Source: Chloroflexota bacterium (GTDB lineage: Bacteria; Chloroflexota; Dehalococcoidia; Lucifugimonadales; UBA3495). From it: 64,000 nt of DNA. Where the stretch lies: NCBI GenBank assembly GCA_027623675.1, contig JAQBVF010000018.1, positions 1-64,000 on the forward strand, given 5' to 3'. Shown in pieces: positions 27,534-37,307 of the stretch (position 1 is its first letter; every line of letters starts with the position of its first letter). Position numbers and translations under genes: made by a program. The notes under the pieces are model-generated. The model was not told the origin of the DNA and did no database searches. It saw nothing but the letters and a program-made list of their open reading frames with translations.

Positions 27534-28316
27534 TTACGCCAGGAATTCCAGAGCGGTCTTGATGAAATCGTCGGGCCTCTCGACCTGGGGCGAATGGCCG
27601 CAGTTGTCGATGACCACGAGGTCGGAGCCCTTGATGGTCCGCTGGTAGATCTCGCCACACTCCACCGGGACGATCCGGTCGTTCTTCCCCCAGACCATGC
27701 GCGCGGGGATGCTGACGCGCTTGAGCAGGCTGGTCAGGCGGGGGTCGTGCATGTAGGGCTTCCAGCAAAGGCGCACCGCCATCTCGCGGTTGGACTCGGC
27801 GGCCATCGCCTCCTCGGGCGTGGGATCCTTGCCGTAGACCGCCTGGTACTCAGGGGCCTGGGCCGGATCGTGGAACATCAGGTCCAGCACCTGGGCGGGA
27901 CTGATTATGAATATGTCGGTGATCTCGGAGTTGTTGGGTTTCACGCCCGCCGCGCCAACCAGCATCAGTTTGCTGAAGGAGTGGCCGCACATGGCGGCGA
28001 TCTCGGATGCGATCCACCCGCCCATGGAGAAGCCGATGGTGCGGACGCCCTCCAACCCCAGGGTTTCCAGATACCAGGTGTAGAAGCAGGCCATGTCGGG
28101 GATGGTCTCCAGCCAATCTGGCCGTTCCGACTTTCCGTAGCCGGGGTGGGACGGATAGTACACCGTGTACTTCTCGGCCAGCGCGTCGACGGACTTGAGC
28201 CAGCCGTTGTTCCCGCCGGCGCCGTGGAGCAGCAGCAGGGGCTCGCCGGAGCCGCCCTTCAGCGTATGGACCTTGGTCCCGCCTACGTCCACCATCTCTT
28301 CGGTAAAGGCAACCAT
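27534..28316 (-). CDS. Alpha/beta hydrolase
   Basis: LLHGAGG, GFSMGG nucleophile elbow, WG..D, CGHSP..E. Confidence 0.92.
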   Translation of the reverse strand: MVAFTEEMVDVGGTKVHTLKGGSGEPLLLLHGAGGNNGWLKSVDALAEKYTVYYPSHPGYGKSERPDWLETIPDMACFYTWYLETLGLEGVRTIGFSMGGWIASEIAAMCGHSFSKLMLVGAAGVKPNNSEITDIFIISPAQVLDLMFHDPAQAPEYQAVYGKDPTPEEAMAAESNREMAVRLCWKPYMHDPRLTSLLKRVSIPARMVWGKNDRIVPVECGEIYQRTIKGSDLVVIDNCGHSPQVERPDDFIKTALEFLA

Positions 28317-28485
28317 TTGTTTCTCCTTTGGAAGCTAACATCTGACAGCCCCGACTTCACCGGGGCCGGTAGTTCTCAGTATTCGGCCGGAAGGTATCCG
28401 GACATTTCTTGATCGTTCTTTTGCGTTTTATCGGCGGTGAATAAACTCTGGCCGCAGGTGGTCCCGGTCCCATCGGGACGGTTAG

Positions 28486-29706
28486 CTATATCGCCTGGGC
28501 CTGTTTCTGGAACGGGTCGGTCAGTTCCAACTCGGCGCCGATCTCGCGGATGGCGGGCAGCACCTCTTGGCCCATGAGTTCCAGGCAGCGCATGGTATCG
28601 GCGTGGGTGGTGTCGCCGTCGTTGGTCCAGACGCCCAGGATGCCGGGGCGGATGACCGACAGGGTTTCGCGCAGCTTCCTTACCACCGTCTCCGGGCTGC
28701 CCACGATCCAGCGGTTGGAGGCCAGTATCTGGTCGTAGGTCGCGGTCTCTAGGCCCAGGCCAAGGAAGGGGTCCTTGCGGATGCGGCCCAGGTATTTGGC
28801 TACCTTGGGATCATTGCGGTTACCGCCGTAGCCTACCGGCAGCATGTAGTCCTTGGGCATCGGCACCCGCCCCACGCCAACGTTACCGGTCAAGAAGCCT
28901 TTGGCCGACTCGTAGGCCTTCTCGTCGGTGTCCTGCACGTGGATGCGGCACAGGTAGCCGAAATTCTCCGGGCCGGGTTCGTAACCGGACTCTCGGGCGG
29001 CTTCAGTATAGACATCTATCATGTCCTGGGTGCCCTGGGGGTCGGTCTCCAGATAGATGTATGGATAGCGCCGCTCGGCGGCCCAGACCAGGGTTTGGGG
29101 GCTCCCCAGGCCGGGGATCCACACCGGTGGATGGGGCTTCTGCAGCGGTGTCTGAAAGGGGTTGACCACGCGGAAGTGGTAGTGTTTGCCCTCCCAGCGG
29201 AAGGGACCGGGCGTGGTCCAAGTCTTGATGATCAGGTCGTGGGCCTCCTCGAACCGTTCCCGGTTGTGGAGGGGGTTCACGTTGGCGGCCAAACTCTCCA
29301 CGCCAGTGCCGCGAACGAAGCCGGAGACGACCCGTCCGTTGGAGATCATGTCGATCTCGGCGATCTCCTCGGCCACACGCAGGGGATTCTCGAAAGTCGG
29401 CAGGGGATTGCCCATCAGGACGATCTTCGGTTTCTTGGTGTTTCGGGCCAGGATGGCGGCTTCCAGGTTCATGGTTGCGCCCAGACAGGTGGGTGTATTG
29501 TGGTGCTCATTGAGCATCAGGCCGTCGAAACCAACCTCTTCGCAATACTCGTATTCGTCCAGGTACTCGTTGTACTGGCGGGCGCCGATCTGAGGGTCGA
29601 AGTTGCTGTTGGAAAATGTCAGCCGCACCGCCCCGTTGGGGCTGTTTCTCACGGCATCTTCGGTGTAGCTGGTATAGGCCCGCTCGGTGAACCGCATCAA
29701 GAACAT
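28486..29706 (-). CDS. LLM-class flavin-dependent monooxygenase (close paralog of 26367..27500)
   Basis: NEHHNTP.C, AEEIA.ID.IS.GR..SGFVRG.G.ES, IIKTWTTPGPFRWEGKHY shared with the paralog. Confidence 0.92.
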   Translation of the reverse strand: MFLMRFTERAYTSYTEDAVRNSPNGAVRLTFSNSNFDPQIGARQYNEYLDEYEYCEEVGFDGLMLNEHHNTPTCLGATMNLEAAILARNTKKPKIVLMGNPLPTFENPLRVAEEIAEIDMISNGRVVSGFVRGTGVESLAANVNPLHNRERFEEAHDLIIKTWTTPGPFRWEGKHYHFRVVNPFQTPLQKPHPPVWIPGLGSPQTLVWAAERRYPYIYLETDPQGTQDMIDVYTEAARESGYEPGPENFGYLCRIHVQDTDEKAYESAKGFLTGNVGVGRVPMPKDYMLPVGYGGNRNDPKVAKYLGRIRKDPFLGLGLETATYDQILASNRWIVGSPETVVRKLRETLSVIRPGILGVWTNDGDTTHADTMRCLELMGQEVLPAIREIGAELELTDPFQKQAQAI

Positions 29707-29737
29707 GTCGATAATCTCCTTTTGTATCAGATCGGGG

Positions 29738-30169
29738 CTAGAGTTGGCTGAGCAACTTCACTCGAGGAAAGTCGCCTGCGGCAAGCCTTTGGAACCGCTC
29801 ATCGGCGGTCCAAAGCTCACAATCCAAATGTTCCGCAAGCGCCAAGTAATAAGAGTCATATACCGCCCCCTGGCCCAGACTGCTGGCCAGTTCCAATGCC
29901 CGTCCGTGCAGCGACCTAGGCTGCCGAAGCGAAATGCCGGTATCCGTGAGTTTCAGCAGGAGTTCTAGGGCTATTTCTTCCGATATTTCTTGGCGGTGAA
30001 CCTTTTGATGTAGAGCGTTCGCAACCTAGATCGGCAACAGGTAGGGCGCCGTCACTTGAATGTGGCGTTCAATCCAAGACGCGCCCAATAGGACCGCCTG
30101 CTCCGAATCATTCTCGTCGACCAACCATTTCATTGCCAAGCTGGCGTCAACTACCACTAAGCCGGTCAA
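29738..30169 (-). pseudogene. VapC/PIN-domain toxin interrupted by an in-frame TAG
   Basis: Manual translation: MTGLVVVDASLAMKWLVDENDSEQA...APYLLPI*VANALHQK...AVYDSYYLALAEHLDCELWTADERF...; stop at 30026-30028 (codon 48). Confidence 0.88.
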
Positions 30170-30455
30170 GTTCCTCAGTACGTTGCTCCCTTGCTTCTCG
30201 GATCAGATCGCCGGAATCGCTGGGTGACTTGCGCCCTTGGAAGATCTTATCCCGTAGCTCGATCAATTGATCGAAAGACGCCTTGGTGAAAGCGGTGGCA
30301 TCGTCGCCGGGAAGATCATTCCTATCCAATTCTTTACCGATGATGTCGATGCAGTACCGGCGCATGGTCACGCCCTTGAGAGCTGCGGCCACCTTGAGTT
30401 TGACCTGCATCTCGGGCTCCAGGTCCAGGGGGAAACGCTTTTTTTGTGTAGGCAT
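30147..30455 (-). CDS. RHH/CopG-like antitoxin (VapB-type)
   Basis: KRFPLDLEPEMQVKLKVAAALKGVTMRRY (RHH-like) and C-terminal SDSGDLIREAREQR; overlaps the PIN gene start. Confidence 0.78.
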   Translation of the reverse strand: MPTQKKRFPLDLEPEMQVKLKVAAALKGVTMRRYCIDIIGKELDRNDLPGDDATAFTKASFDQLIELRDKIFQGRKSPSDSGDLIREAREQRTEELDRLSGS

Positions 30456-30560
30456 GTAGGCTCCGGGATTCCGGTTGGTCAATCTTCGCAAATTTACCGT
30501 ATTTACTGCAATACGTTAAAACCATCCTGCTTTGACCTGTTGTCCCTAACCTGCGGTGGC

Positions 30561-30650
30561 CTACCCCTTCACATAAACCAGTTTCTCGGCTAATTTGCAG
30601 CGTTGGACGATGTCGATGGTGGCGGCGGTGGTGGGGTCCGATTGTCGCAT
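30561..30650 (-). pseudogene. Internally deleted remnant of a SnoaL/NTF2-like gene (29 aa)
   Basis: MRQSDPTTAATIDIVQR-C-KLAEKLVYVKG*; the C-terminus matches the K.AEKL.YVKG end of a SnoaL-like family. Confidence 0.45.
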
Positions 30651-30878
30651 GTGAATCAGTCTAACGGCGGATGTTCTCCGTTCGGGGGGACTGCTTCGGG
30701 TAGTCAGCGCCTATCCTAGCCTGCGGGGCAGGTGGGGTCAAGCAGCCTGAAGCAGTAGCTCCCTGCCGCCCCTCAACCCCGATTGTGCTATAGTTTATGG
30801 GCTGTCTTCGCAGGCTTGGAATGTAGTGGAAATCGAGCCTGGGGACCGCGAATCCCAACAATCATCAGGAAGATTTTC

Positions 30879-32465
30879 ATGCCCAAAATTCTGGTAGCTG
30901 ATCCCATCGGCGCGGAGGGCGTTGAACTGCTCCAAACCCGCGCTACGGTGGATGTAAAAACGGGTATGAAACCCGAAGAACTGCTGGCCGTGATCGCCGA
31001 CTACGACGGCTTGGTGGTGCGGAGCGAGACCAAGGTGACCAAAGAGGTCATCGAGGCCGCCAAGAACCTAAAGGTCATCGGCCGGGCCGGCATCGGCGTC
31101 GATAACATAGACCTGGAAGCGGCAACGAACGCCGGCATCGCCGTGGTGAATGCGCCAACCGGCAATACCGTGGCAGCGGCCGAGCACACCATGGCGTTGA
31201 TGCTGGCCCTCTCCCGTAACGTGCCCACGGCCCACCAGTCCCTCAAGTCAGGCGAGTGGAAGCGCAGTCAATTCATGGGCATCGAGGTCCGTAATAAGAC
31301 GCTGGGCGTTTGCGGTCTGGGCCGGGTCGGCTCGGAAGTGGCCCGGCGCGCCCAGAGCTTTGATATGAGATTGGTGGGGTACGACCCCTTCGTCTCTCCG
31401 GAGCACGCCAAGAGCATGGGTATCGAGCTGCTTTCATTGGAAGAGCTTTTGGGCCAGTCGGATTTCATCACCCTGCACACGCCGCTGACCGACAGCACCC
31501 GCCACATGATAGGTCCCAAAGAAGTGGGGCTGCTCAAGCGCGGCGCGAGACTCATCAACGTGGCGCGGGGCGAACTGGTTGACGAGGCGGCAATCATCGA
31601 CGGACTGAACTCGGGCCAATTGGGCGGAGTGGCCCTGGACGTATTTGCTCAGGAGCCGCCGCAGAACACTGCTCTGGTTGGGCACCCCAAAGTCGTGGTG
31701 ACACCCCACCTGGGCGCGTCCACCGAAGAGGCCCAGCGGGAAGTGGCGATCGAGGCCTCCGAGCAGGTGCTGGCGGTGTTGAACGGAGAACGAGCCCGGA
31801 ACACCGTGAATGCGCCGTCCGTAGCCCCCGAGGTCCATGCGGTGCTGGCGCCCTACATGCCGGTGGCCACGGTGGTGGGAAAGCTGCTGACGCATCTGGC
31901 CCAGGGCCAGTTCCTGGGGATCACCATTAGCTACGAGGGCGAGATCGCCGAGCACGACACCCGCTCTTTGCAGGCGGCCGTATTGGCGGGACTGTTGGAA
32001 CCCATCACCACCGGCCAGGTGAACCTGATCAACGCGCCGGTGCTGGCAAGAGAACGGGGCATCAATATAACGGAGCAGCACAATACCGCATCCAGGGAAT
32101 ACTCCAGCATCGTAAGCGCCACGGTCGAGACCAGCGAAGGCAAGATAACGCTGGCCGGGACTTCCCTGCGGAACGAGCCCCACATCGTGAAGATCGACGA
32201 CTACTGGTTGGACATCGTGCCGACCACGCCCTACATGCTATTCGTGGATAACCAGGACCAGCCGGGTTCGATCGGCGCGGTGGGCACCATCGCCGGCAAA
32301 CACAACATCAACATCAGTTTCATGGAGGTGGGACGGTTGAAGTTGAGGGGCCGGGCCATGATGGTTCTCGGGCTGGACGACAACGTGCCACCCGACGTGA
32401 TGGAAGAGATCAGGGATCTGGGCCATATCTATAACGTACGTTTGGCCCACCTGGGGTCTCTGTAG
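30879..32465 (+). CDS. serA: D-3-phosphoglycerate dehydrogenase (type I, ASB plus ACT)
   Basis: VRSETKV, GRAGIGVDNID, AAAEHT, GLGRVG, TPHLGAST.EAQ, C-terminal ACT. Confidence 0.96.
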   Translation: MPKILVADPIGAEGVELLQTRATVDVKTGMKPEELLAVIADYDGLVVRSETKVTKEVIEAAKNLKVIGRAGIGVDNIDLEAATNAGIAVVNAPTGNTVAAAEHTMALMLALSRNVPTAHQSLKSGEWKRSQFMGIEVRNKTLGVCGLGRVGSEVARRAQSFDMRLVGYDPFVSPEHAKSMGIELLSLEELLGQSDFITLHTPLTDSTRHMIGPKEVGLLKRGARLINVARGELVDEAAIIDGLNSGQLGGVALDVFAQEPPQNTALVGHPKVVVTPHLGASTEEAQREVAIEASEQVLAVLNGERARNTVNAPSVAPEVHAVLAPYMPVATVVGKLLTHLAQGQFLGITISYEGEIAEHDTRSLQAAVLAGLLEPITTGQVNLINAPVLARERGINITEQHNTASREYSSIVSATVETSEGKITLAGTSLRNEPHIVKIDDYWLDIVPTTPYMLFVDNQDQPGSIGAVGTIAGKHNINISFMEVGRLKLRGRAMMVLGLDDNVPPDVMEEIRDLGHIYNVRLAHLGSL

Positions 32466-32579
32466 ACAGCCGGGACGAATTTTAGAGCAGGCGCCCGGTT
32501 TTCTGCCGGAACGCTTTTTATCAAGCAACAGAAGGCGCCCGGGCCAGCTGCCGGAGCGCCGATTTAGGAGAGGACGAAC

Positions 32580-33629
32580 ATGGGCGACAAGATCGGCATC
32601 ATGGGCGCAGGGGCGCTGGGCAGCTACGTCGGCGCCTTCTTGAGCAAGATTGGTGAGGACGTGACATTCATCGACATGTGGCCCGAGCACGTGGATAAGA
32701 TGCGGACCGACGGCCTGCATGTCACCGGCAGCCAGGGTCCGTTCACCGTGCCGGTCAAGGCCATGCACCTGACCGAAGCCCAGAATATCTCGGAACCCTT
32801 TGATTTCGTCTTCATCTCGGTCAAGTCCTACGACACCGAATGGGCCACCCACTTCATCAAGCGTTACGTGCGGGAAGACGGCTTCTTCATCTCCCTGCAG
32901 AACTGTTGGAACGATGTTCCCATGGGAGAGATCGTCGGCCCGTCGCGCCAGTTGGGCTGCATCGCTTCTCACATCGAGGTTGCTCTTTGGGAACCGGCGC
33001 TGGTCACCCGCGGCGGCGCGGTGGGCCGGGATTCGGGCCATACGGTGTTCCGCGTCGCCGAGCAGGACGGCCGCATCACCCCCCGGGCTGAGAAAGTGGC
33101 CGCCCTATTGGACAACATTGACGGCGCCTATGCTTCGGACAACCTCTGGGGTGAGCGCTGGGCTAAGTTGAGCCAGAACTCGATGGGAAATGGGATATCG
33201 GCCTCCACCGGGATGGGCTCGCAGCAGATGGCCGATGACCCCCGCTTACGCTTGATCCGCATCAACCTGGCCAAGGAAGCCGCCAAGGTGGGTTTGGCGA
33301 TGGGCTTGAAGGTTGTGCCCATCCAAGGCGTGCCGGCAGAGACCTGGGCCGACGCCGACAAGGGAGACGTGTTCGAGGAACTGGACGCCCATATGTCCTC
33401 CCATGGCGGCCGGGTCAACTGGCTGGCGTCCATGGCGCAGGACGTATACAAGGGACGCCGCTCGGAGATAAACATGATGAACGGCTTGGTCGCCCAGAAG
33501 GGCCGGGAAGTGGCCATCCCCACGCCGTTCAACGACGCCGTGATCGAGGTCATGAACGGCATCGACGACAAGACGCTGGAACAGAGCGAAGCCCACGTTG
33601 ACCGAATCCTAAAGGCGGTTGGCCGCTGA
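32580..33629 (+). CDS. Ketopantoate reductase (PanE/ApbA) family
   Basis: GAGALG, VKSYDT, SLQN, W.KL..N, SM.QD..KGRRSEI...NG. Confidence 0.88.
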   Translation: MGDKIGIMGAGALGSYVGAFLSKIGEDVTFIDMWPEHVDKMRTDGLHVTGSQGPFTVPVKAMHLTEAQNISEPFDFVFISVKSYDTEWATHFIKRYVREDGFFISLQNCWNDVPMGEIVGPSRQLGCIASHIEVALWEPALVTRGGAVGRDSGHTVFRVAEQDGRITPRAEKVAALLDNIDGAYASDNLWGERWAKLSQNSMGNGISASTGMGSQQMADDPRLRLIRINLAKEAAKVGLAMGLKVVPIQGVPAETWADADKGDVFEELDAHMSSHGGRVNWLASMAQDVYKGRRSEINMMNGLVAQKGREVAIPTPFNDAVIEVMNGIDDKTLEQSEAHVDRILKAVGR

Positions 33630-33661
33630 TCGACTGACCCTGCTGTCCCGGAGGTGACCCG

Positions 33662-34117
33662 GTGATCATCAAAGTAGAGCCGGCTGACATGTTCATGTAT
33701 ACCGTGATCATGATTTCCAACCTGGAGACCCCCGACCCGGAGGACCAGGAGATCCGGGACTACATGGAAGCCGAGGAGTTGGAGCCCAAGTACCGGAGCG
33801 AGGGTGACTTCGAGGGGCGGCACAGCGAGTCGATGCAGTTCGGCGGGTGCTACCTGGGCCGGCACCTTGGCGAGATCAACCTGATCCAACAGAAGTACAT
33901 CGAAGTGGAACTCATCACCCACGAGATCAAACGCCATCTGGGAGAGTCGGACCGCCCGGTGGAGCTTCCCGATGAGAAACAGGACGCCGCCGTTGCTGAA
34001 TTGCTGAAGAGTTTCAACAATGACAAAGCATTCAGGGAAAGAGAAGATGGCAAATACGAAGTGGCGTTGGACGGTGAAGCGGTCCGGGAGGCGGCGAGGG
34101 CCCTGCTGAAGAACTAA
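33662..34117 (+). CDS. Acidic hypothetical protein
   Basis: GGAGG RBS, host-like codon usage, followed by a terminator; no recognised family. Confidence 0.75.
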   Translation: MIIKVEPADMFMYTVIMISNLETPDPEDQEIRDYMEAEELEPKYRSEGDFEGRHSESMQFGGCYLGRHLGEINLIQQKYIEVELITHEIKRHLGESDRPVELPDEKQDAAVAELLKSFNNDKAFREREDGKYEVALDGEAVREAARALLKN

Positions 34118-34139
34118 CCGCCGATCGAGTCAATGATAG

Positions 34140-34176
34140 AAAGAGTCCTTCCTGGTAGACCGGGAAGGACTCTTTA
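34140..34176. terminator. Bidirectional terminator between the hypothetical gene and tRNA-Gly
   Basis: AAAGAGTCCTTCC...GGAAGGACTCTTT. Confidence 0.8.
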
Positions 34177-34187
34177 GTTTTACGGGG

Positions 34188-34261
34188 TGGAGCGGGTGAT
34201 GGGAATCGAACCCACATGGCCAGCTTGGAAGGCTGGAGCTCTACCACTGAGCTACACCCGC
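34188..34261 (-). tRNA. tRNA-Gly(TCC)
   Basis: Minus strand reads GCGGGTGTAGCTCAGTGGTAGAGCTCCAGCCT-TCC-AAGCTGGCCATGTGGGTTCGATTCCCATCACCCGCTCCA. Confidence 0.97.
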
Positions 34262-34436
34262 CCGTTGGGATAGGCGCCTTCTATCCACTGTTTATCACCA
34301 GAAGGCGTAGAGAATTATAGATGCTGGGAGTGCTCCGTGCCAGACCATATGGTGACTCGGTCTGGTCGATTGATTAGAATGCCCGTGACTCATCTTCCAC
34401 TATCTGATATCTGACCGACGAATTAGGAGGGTCAAG

Positions 34437-34826
34437 ATGGCATTGGAACGAAAGCAATACCCCGGCATAGCGCCGGCGGGTCCGACCTACAGCCGGGCGG
34501 TAAAGGCCGGCAACCTGCTGTTCATCTCCGGGTGCACCGCCCGGGGGACGGATTCCCAAGGCAAGTCCATGATGGAACAACTGGACGTTACCCTAGGCCG
34601 TCTGGTCGCGGTGGCGGCAGAAGAAGGCGCCGGTCCTGGTGCCTTCGCCAAACTGACCTGCTTCGTGACCAGCATGAAGGAATACCAGAAGGACTCCCAG
34701 GAACAGCAGGCCCTGTTCGCCAGGCATTTCCAGGAGCAATACCCGGCCAACTCTCTCATCGAGATTTCCGCCCTCGCCGAGCCCGGTTTGGACGTCGAGA
34801 TCGAGGCGATAGTGGTCTTGGAGTAG
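34437..34826 (+). CDS. RidA/YjgF family protein
   Basis: YSRAVKAGNLLFISG, YPA.SL.EI..L, VEIEAI; Asn rather than Arg at the catalytic position (YPANS). Confidence 0.88.
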   Translation: MALERKQYPGIAPAGPTYSRAVKAGNLLFISGCTARGTDSQGKSMMEQLDVTLGRLVAVAAEEGAGPGAFAKLTCFVTSMKEYQKDSQEQQALFARHFQEQYPANSLIEISALAEPGLDVEIEAIVVLE

Positions 34827-34940
34827 GGGCGGTGGCAGTGCCCACCCTGACACCGTGGTTCGACAAGCATCCCACCATGAGCGGGAAGGGGGCGAGTTGG
34901 TTTGGTAAAGTGTTGATTCTCGTTCAGCTCGTCCTGGGCC
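34823..34940. repeat. Cluster of degenerate REP-like elements (GTAGGGGCG...; GGTTCGACAAGC...ACCATGAGCGG; CTCGTCCTG)
   Basis: The TTCGAC...GC/CTCGTCCTG motifs resemble the second queA insertion. Confidence 0.45.
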
Positions 34941-35019
34941 GAGGCCTGCTTCGCGTGCCGGTTCCCATCCTTAAGAGACTTTAACCAGTGACGATTGCCA
35001 ACGAGATAGGTCAGGTTTT

Positions 35020-36957
35020 TCAGCCTGAGGCCGTGATGACGGTCGTGACGCACCCTTGGTTGTTGGCAGAGTTCCGGTCATCATTGTGGTCGACCGTGGC
35101 GCAATTGACCACCGCGTCGGACCCACCGGGAAACTTGTCGATGGGGGCAACGGTCACATTGATTATTAAAGTGGGAAGTAATCCTCCTGGAGAGATTGGC
35201 GGGCCGGTATACGTGCAGGTCACTAACTGGCCAGAGGCGCTACAGGCCCAGTCGGTTGAATAGGGGTCGGAGAAGGAATCAAAGGTAATGCCGTTTGGCA
35301 GGTCATCCACCACGGTTATGGGGCTGCTGGCGGACCCTTGGCCCACGTTCGAAACCTGGACCGTATACGAGGCAGACTGCCCGTAGTGGAACTCACTGTT
35401 CAGGAACTTCTCGGTGGTTAGGTCGGGATTTTCCCTAGGAGGGGTAGGCGTGACAGTCGGCGCAGGCGTCGGAGTCTGGGTTGGAGGTGGCGTGGTCCTA
35501 GGCCTTACCAGCGTCCCAAATATACTTAACGGAGTGGGCGTAGGCGTTGCAGGCACGCCGCATACGGTTACGCTTAGCGTGGCGTAGTCCACCCTCGTAT
35601 CATCTTGGACGAGCACGTCTAAGAAGCCGGAGGCGTTCATGTCAGCCAGAAGGCTTACTCCTTGCGGTGGTAGCTGGCTAAGGTCAAGGACGAAGGTGTA
35701 TTGGTCATACAGCGGCCACGATTGAGGCAGCAGCCCCGCAGGGCTCCCGATCCTCGATGTCCACGCAGTGCCGGCGAGGTTGCCGTTTGAGTCGGTGAAC
35801 CGCAGAGCGATGGTGTCGTTTTCTGTGTTTGCGCCCCAGGGCATCAGACCGATTTCCAATTGGGCAGAGATGATGTCGTCTGGCAACCCAACGAAGGTAT
35901 GGGCAAACCATTTGTCCCAGTCGAGTTGGTCAAAGTCCATCAGTGGACTCGTGATGCTAGCAGATAGTCCGGCGCTGGGATTGGCAGGAGGGGTGTCGGA
36001 GTTGGGATCGTAGTTGTCGTTCACTCCGGCGTAGAAGATAGACTGAATCTCCGTTTCACCACGCGGACAGGTGAGCGGCGGTCCCGTTGGTGAAACTGCA
36101 GAGGTGATAGTGGATGGGAGGAAAGCAGTGGCCGCCGGGGTGGGTGTCAGCCTCGTCCGAGTCGCGGGGGGGATGAACGGGCTTGCCACCGGCGTAACTG
36201 TCCCAATCGGAGGCTCGGGGACAAACGGACTCAAACCAGAGACTCTCCCTACTGCGTTAAAACCCGTGACAACGCCGCACCCGGCGGCTAGAGGGTAGGC
36301 GCCCGTCTCAATGACCTTGACCTCAAGAACGTTCGTTCCAGCAAGGAAGTAGCTGGCATCGGAGTTAGAGACCGACGTCTGGCCTTGAGACGCCTGGAGT
36401 GGCCAGTCGGGCACCGTGCCGATGGTATTTCCATTGAGAGAGATGGTCGCCTGCTGGTCAGCGTAAATGTCCATGGTCAGGGCCATGTTTGTTGCGCCCG
36501 GAGCAAGGGTGAACTCGTAGACGTACGAGAATTCCTCAAGAGGCGCGACACCTGGCCTGCCCCTCTCGTCTACAGATATCCATCGCGAATCCGGACCCGC
36601 CAAAACACTACCCCACCGACTAGACCAGTCCTGTGCCAGAATCACAACTGCGTCAGCGGGCGTACTCGGCGCCGGTGGAGGGTCGGGAGCGTTGTATGCC
36701 GCAAGACCGCAACCGTAGGTGGTGTTGGGTCCGTACACCAACGTAGGGGTATCAACCCACGTTTCCAGATTCCAGTTGTCGTCAGCCGTGCCGTAGGCTA
36801 TCTCCATGCCCGCGGCCTGGTCATATCCGGTATTAAGAACAATCTCGAAGGGGGTCAGTACGGGTGTAGGGGTCGGCGAAGACTGGGTACAAGCGGCCAG
36901 GACCAGCACGAGCACGCCCGAAGCCCAAATGAAAGGCCAAATTGGCAGTTTAATCAT
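35020..36957 (-). CDS. Exported multidomain lipoprotein with PT-rich linkers and C-terminal DUF11-like domain
   Basis: Lipobox VLAAC, TPTP linkers, beta-sandwich-like domains, PDLTTEK...YTVQVSNVG...ITVVDDLPNG; atypical codon usage. Confidence 0.8.
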   Translation of the reverse strand: MIKLPIWPFIWASGVLVLVLAACTQSSPTPTPVLTPFEIVLNTGYDQAAGMEIAYGTADDNWNLETWVDTPTLVYGPNTTYGCGLAAYNAPDPPPAPSTPADAVVILAQDWSSRWGSVLAGPDSRWISVDERGRPGVAPLEEFSYVYEFTLAPGATNMALTMDIYADQQATISLNGNTIGTVPDWPLQASQGQTSVSNSDASYFLAGTNVLEVKVIETGAYPLAAGCGVVTGFNAVGRVSGLSPFVPEPPIGTVTPVASPFIPPATRTRLTPTPAATAFLPSTITSAVSPTGPPLTCPRGETEIQSIFYAGVNDNYDPNSDTPPANPSAGLSASITSPLMDFDQLDWDKWFAHTFVGLPDDIISAQLEIGLMPWGANTENDTIALRFTDSNGNLAGTAWTSRIGSPAGLLPQSWPLYDQYTFVLDLSQLPPQGVSLLADMNASGFLDVLVQDDTRVDYATLSVTVCGVPATPTPTPLSIFGTLVRPRTTPPPTQTPTPAPTVTPTPPRENPDLTTEKFLNSEFHYGQSASYTVQVSNVGQGSASSPITVVDDLPNGITFDSFSDPYSTDWACSASGQLVTCTYTGPPISPGGLLPTLIINVTVAPIDKFPGGSDAVVNCATVDHNDDRNSANNQGCVTTVITASG

Positions 36958-37307
36958 GGCGGGCGTTATATCCCATCCCCGTCGATTCAGATTTGCGCCT
37001 GGATGAATCGGATGGAGAATTCGTAACTGATTCAGCAATGTCTACTTGCGGTGATCAAGTGGATAACGTGGCGGGAATAATTCCCAGGCCGGAAGCTTCT
37101 TTTCAGCAGCACAAGTAGGTCGAGACGGCCAGCCATATGTTGGGAGACCCAAATGTTGAGAGCCAAGTAACGTTTTCGCCGCAGCCCACATATCATCTAG
37201 GTTCTGTTGGCATTTCATCGTAGCCAGGTACGAGTACTCACGAAGTGAACAAAAGCGAGGTAAGTCGCGGCGAGTTTGTCGTACCGCGAGAATACGCTTG
37301 CGGCCGG

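Noticed and set aside
30026..30028. Pyrrolysine or other recoding of the TAG in vapC
   Set aside because: The position requires Glu, many genes here end in TAG, and no pyl genes are visible; a nonsense mutation is simpler.
34188..37300. Island integrated at tRNA-Gly
   Set aside because: The foreign-looking lipoprotein lies on the 5' side of the tRNA, and there is no integrase or duplicated tRNA 3' end.
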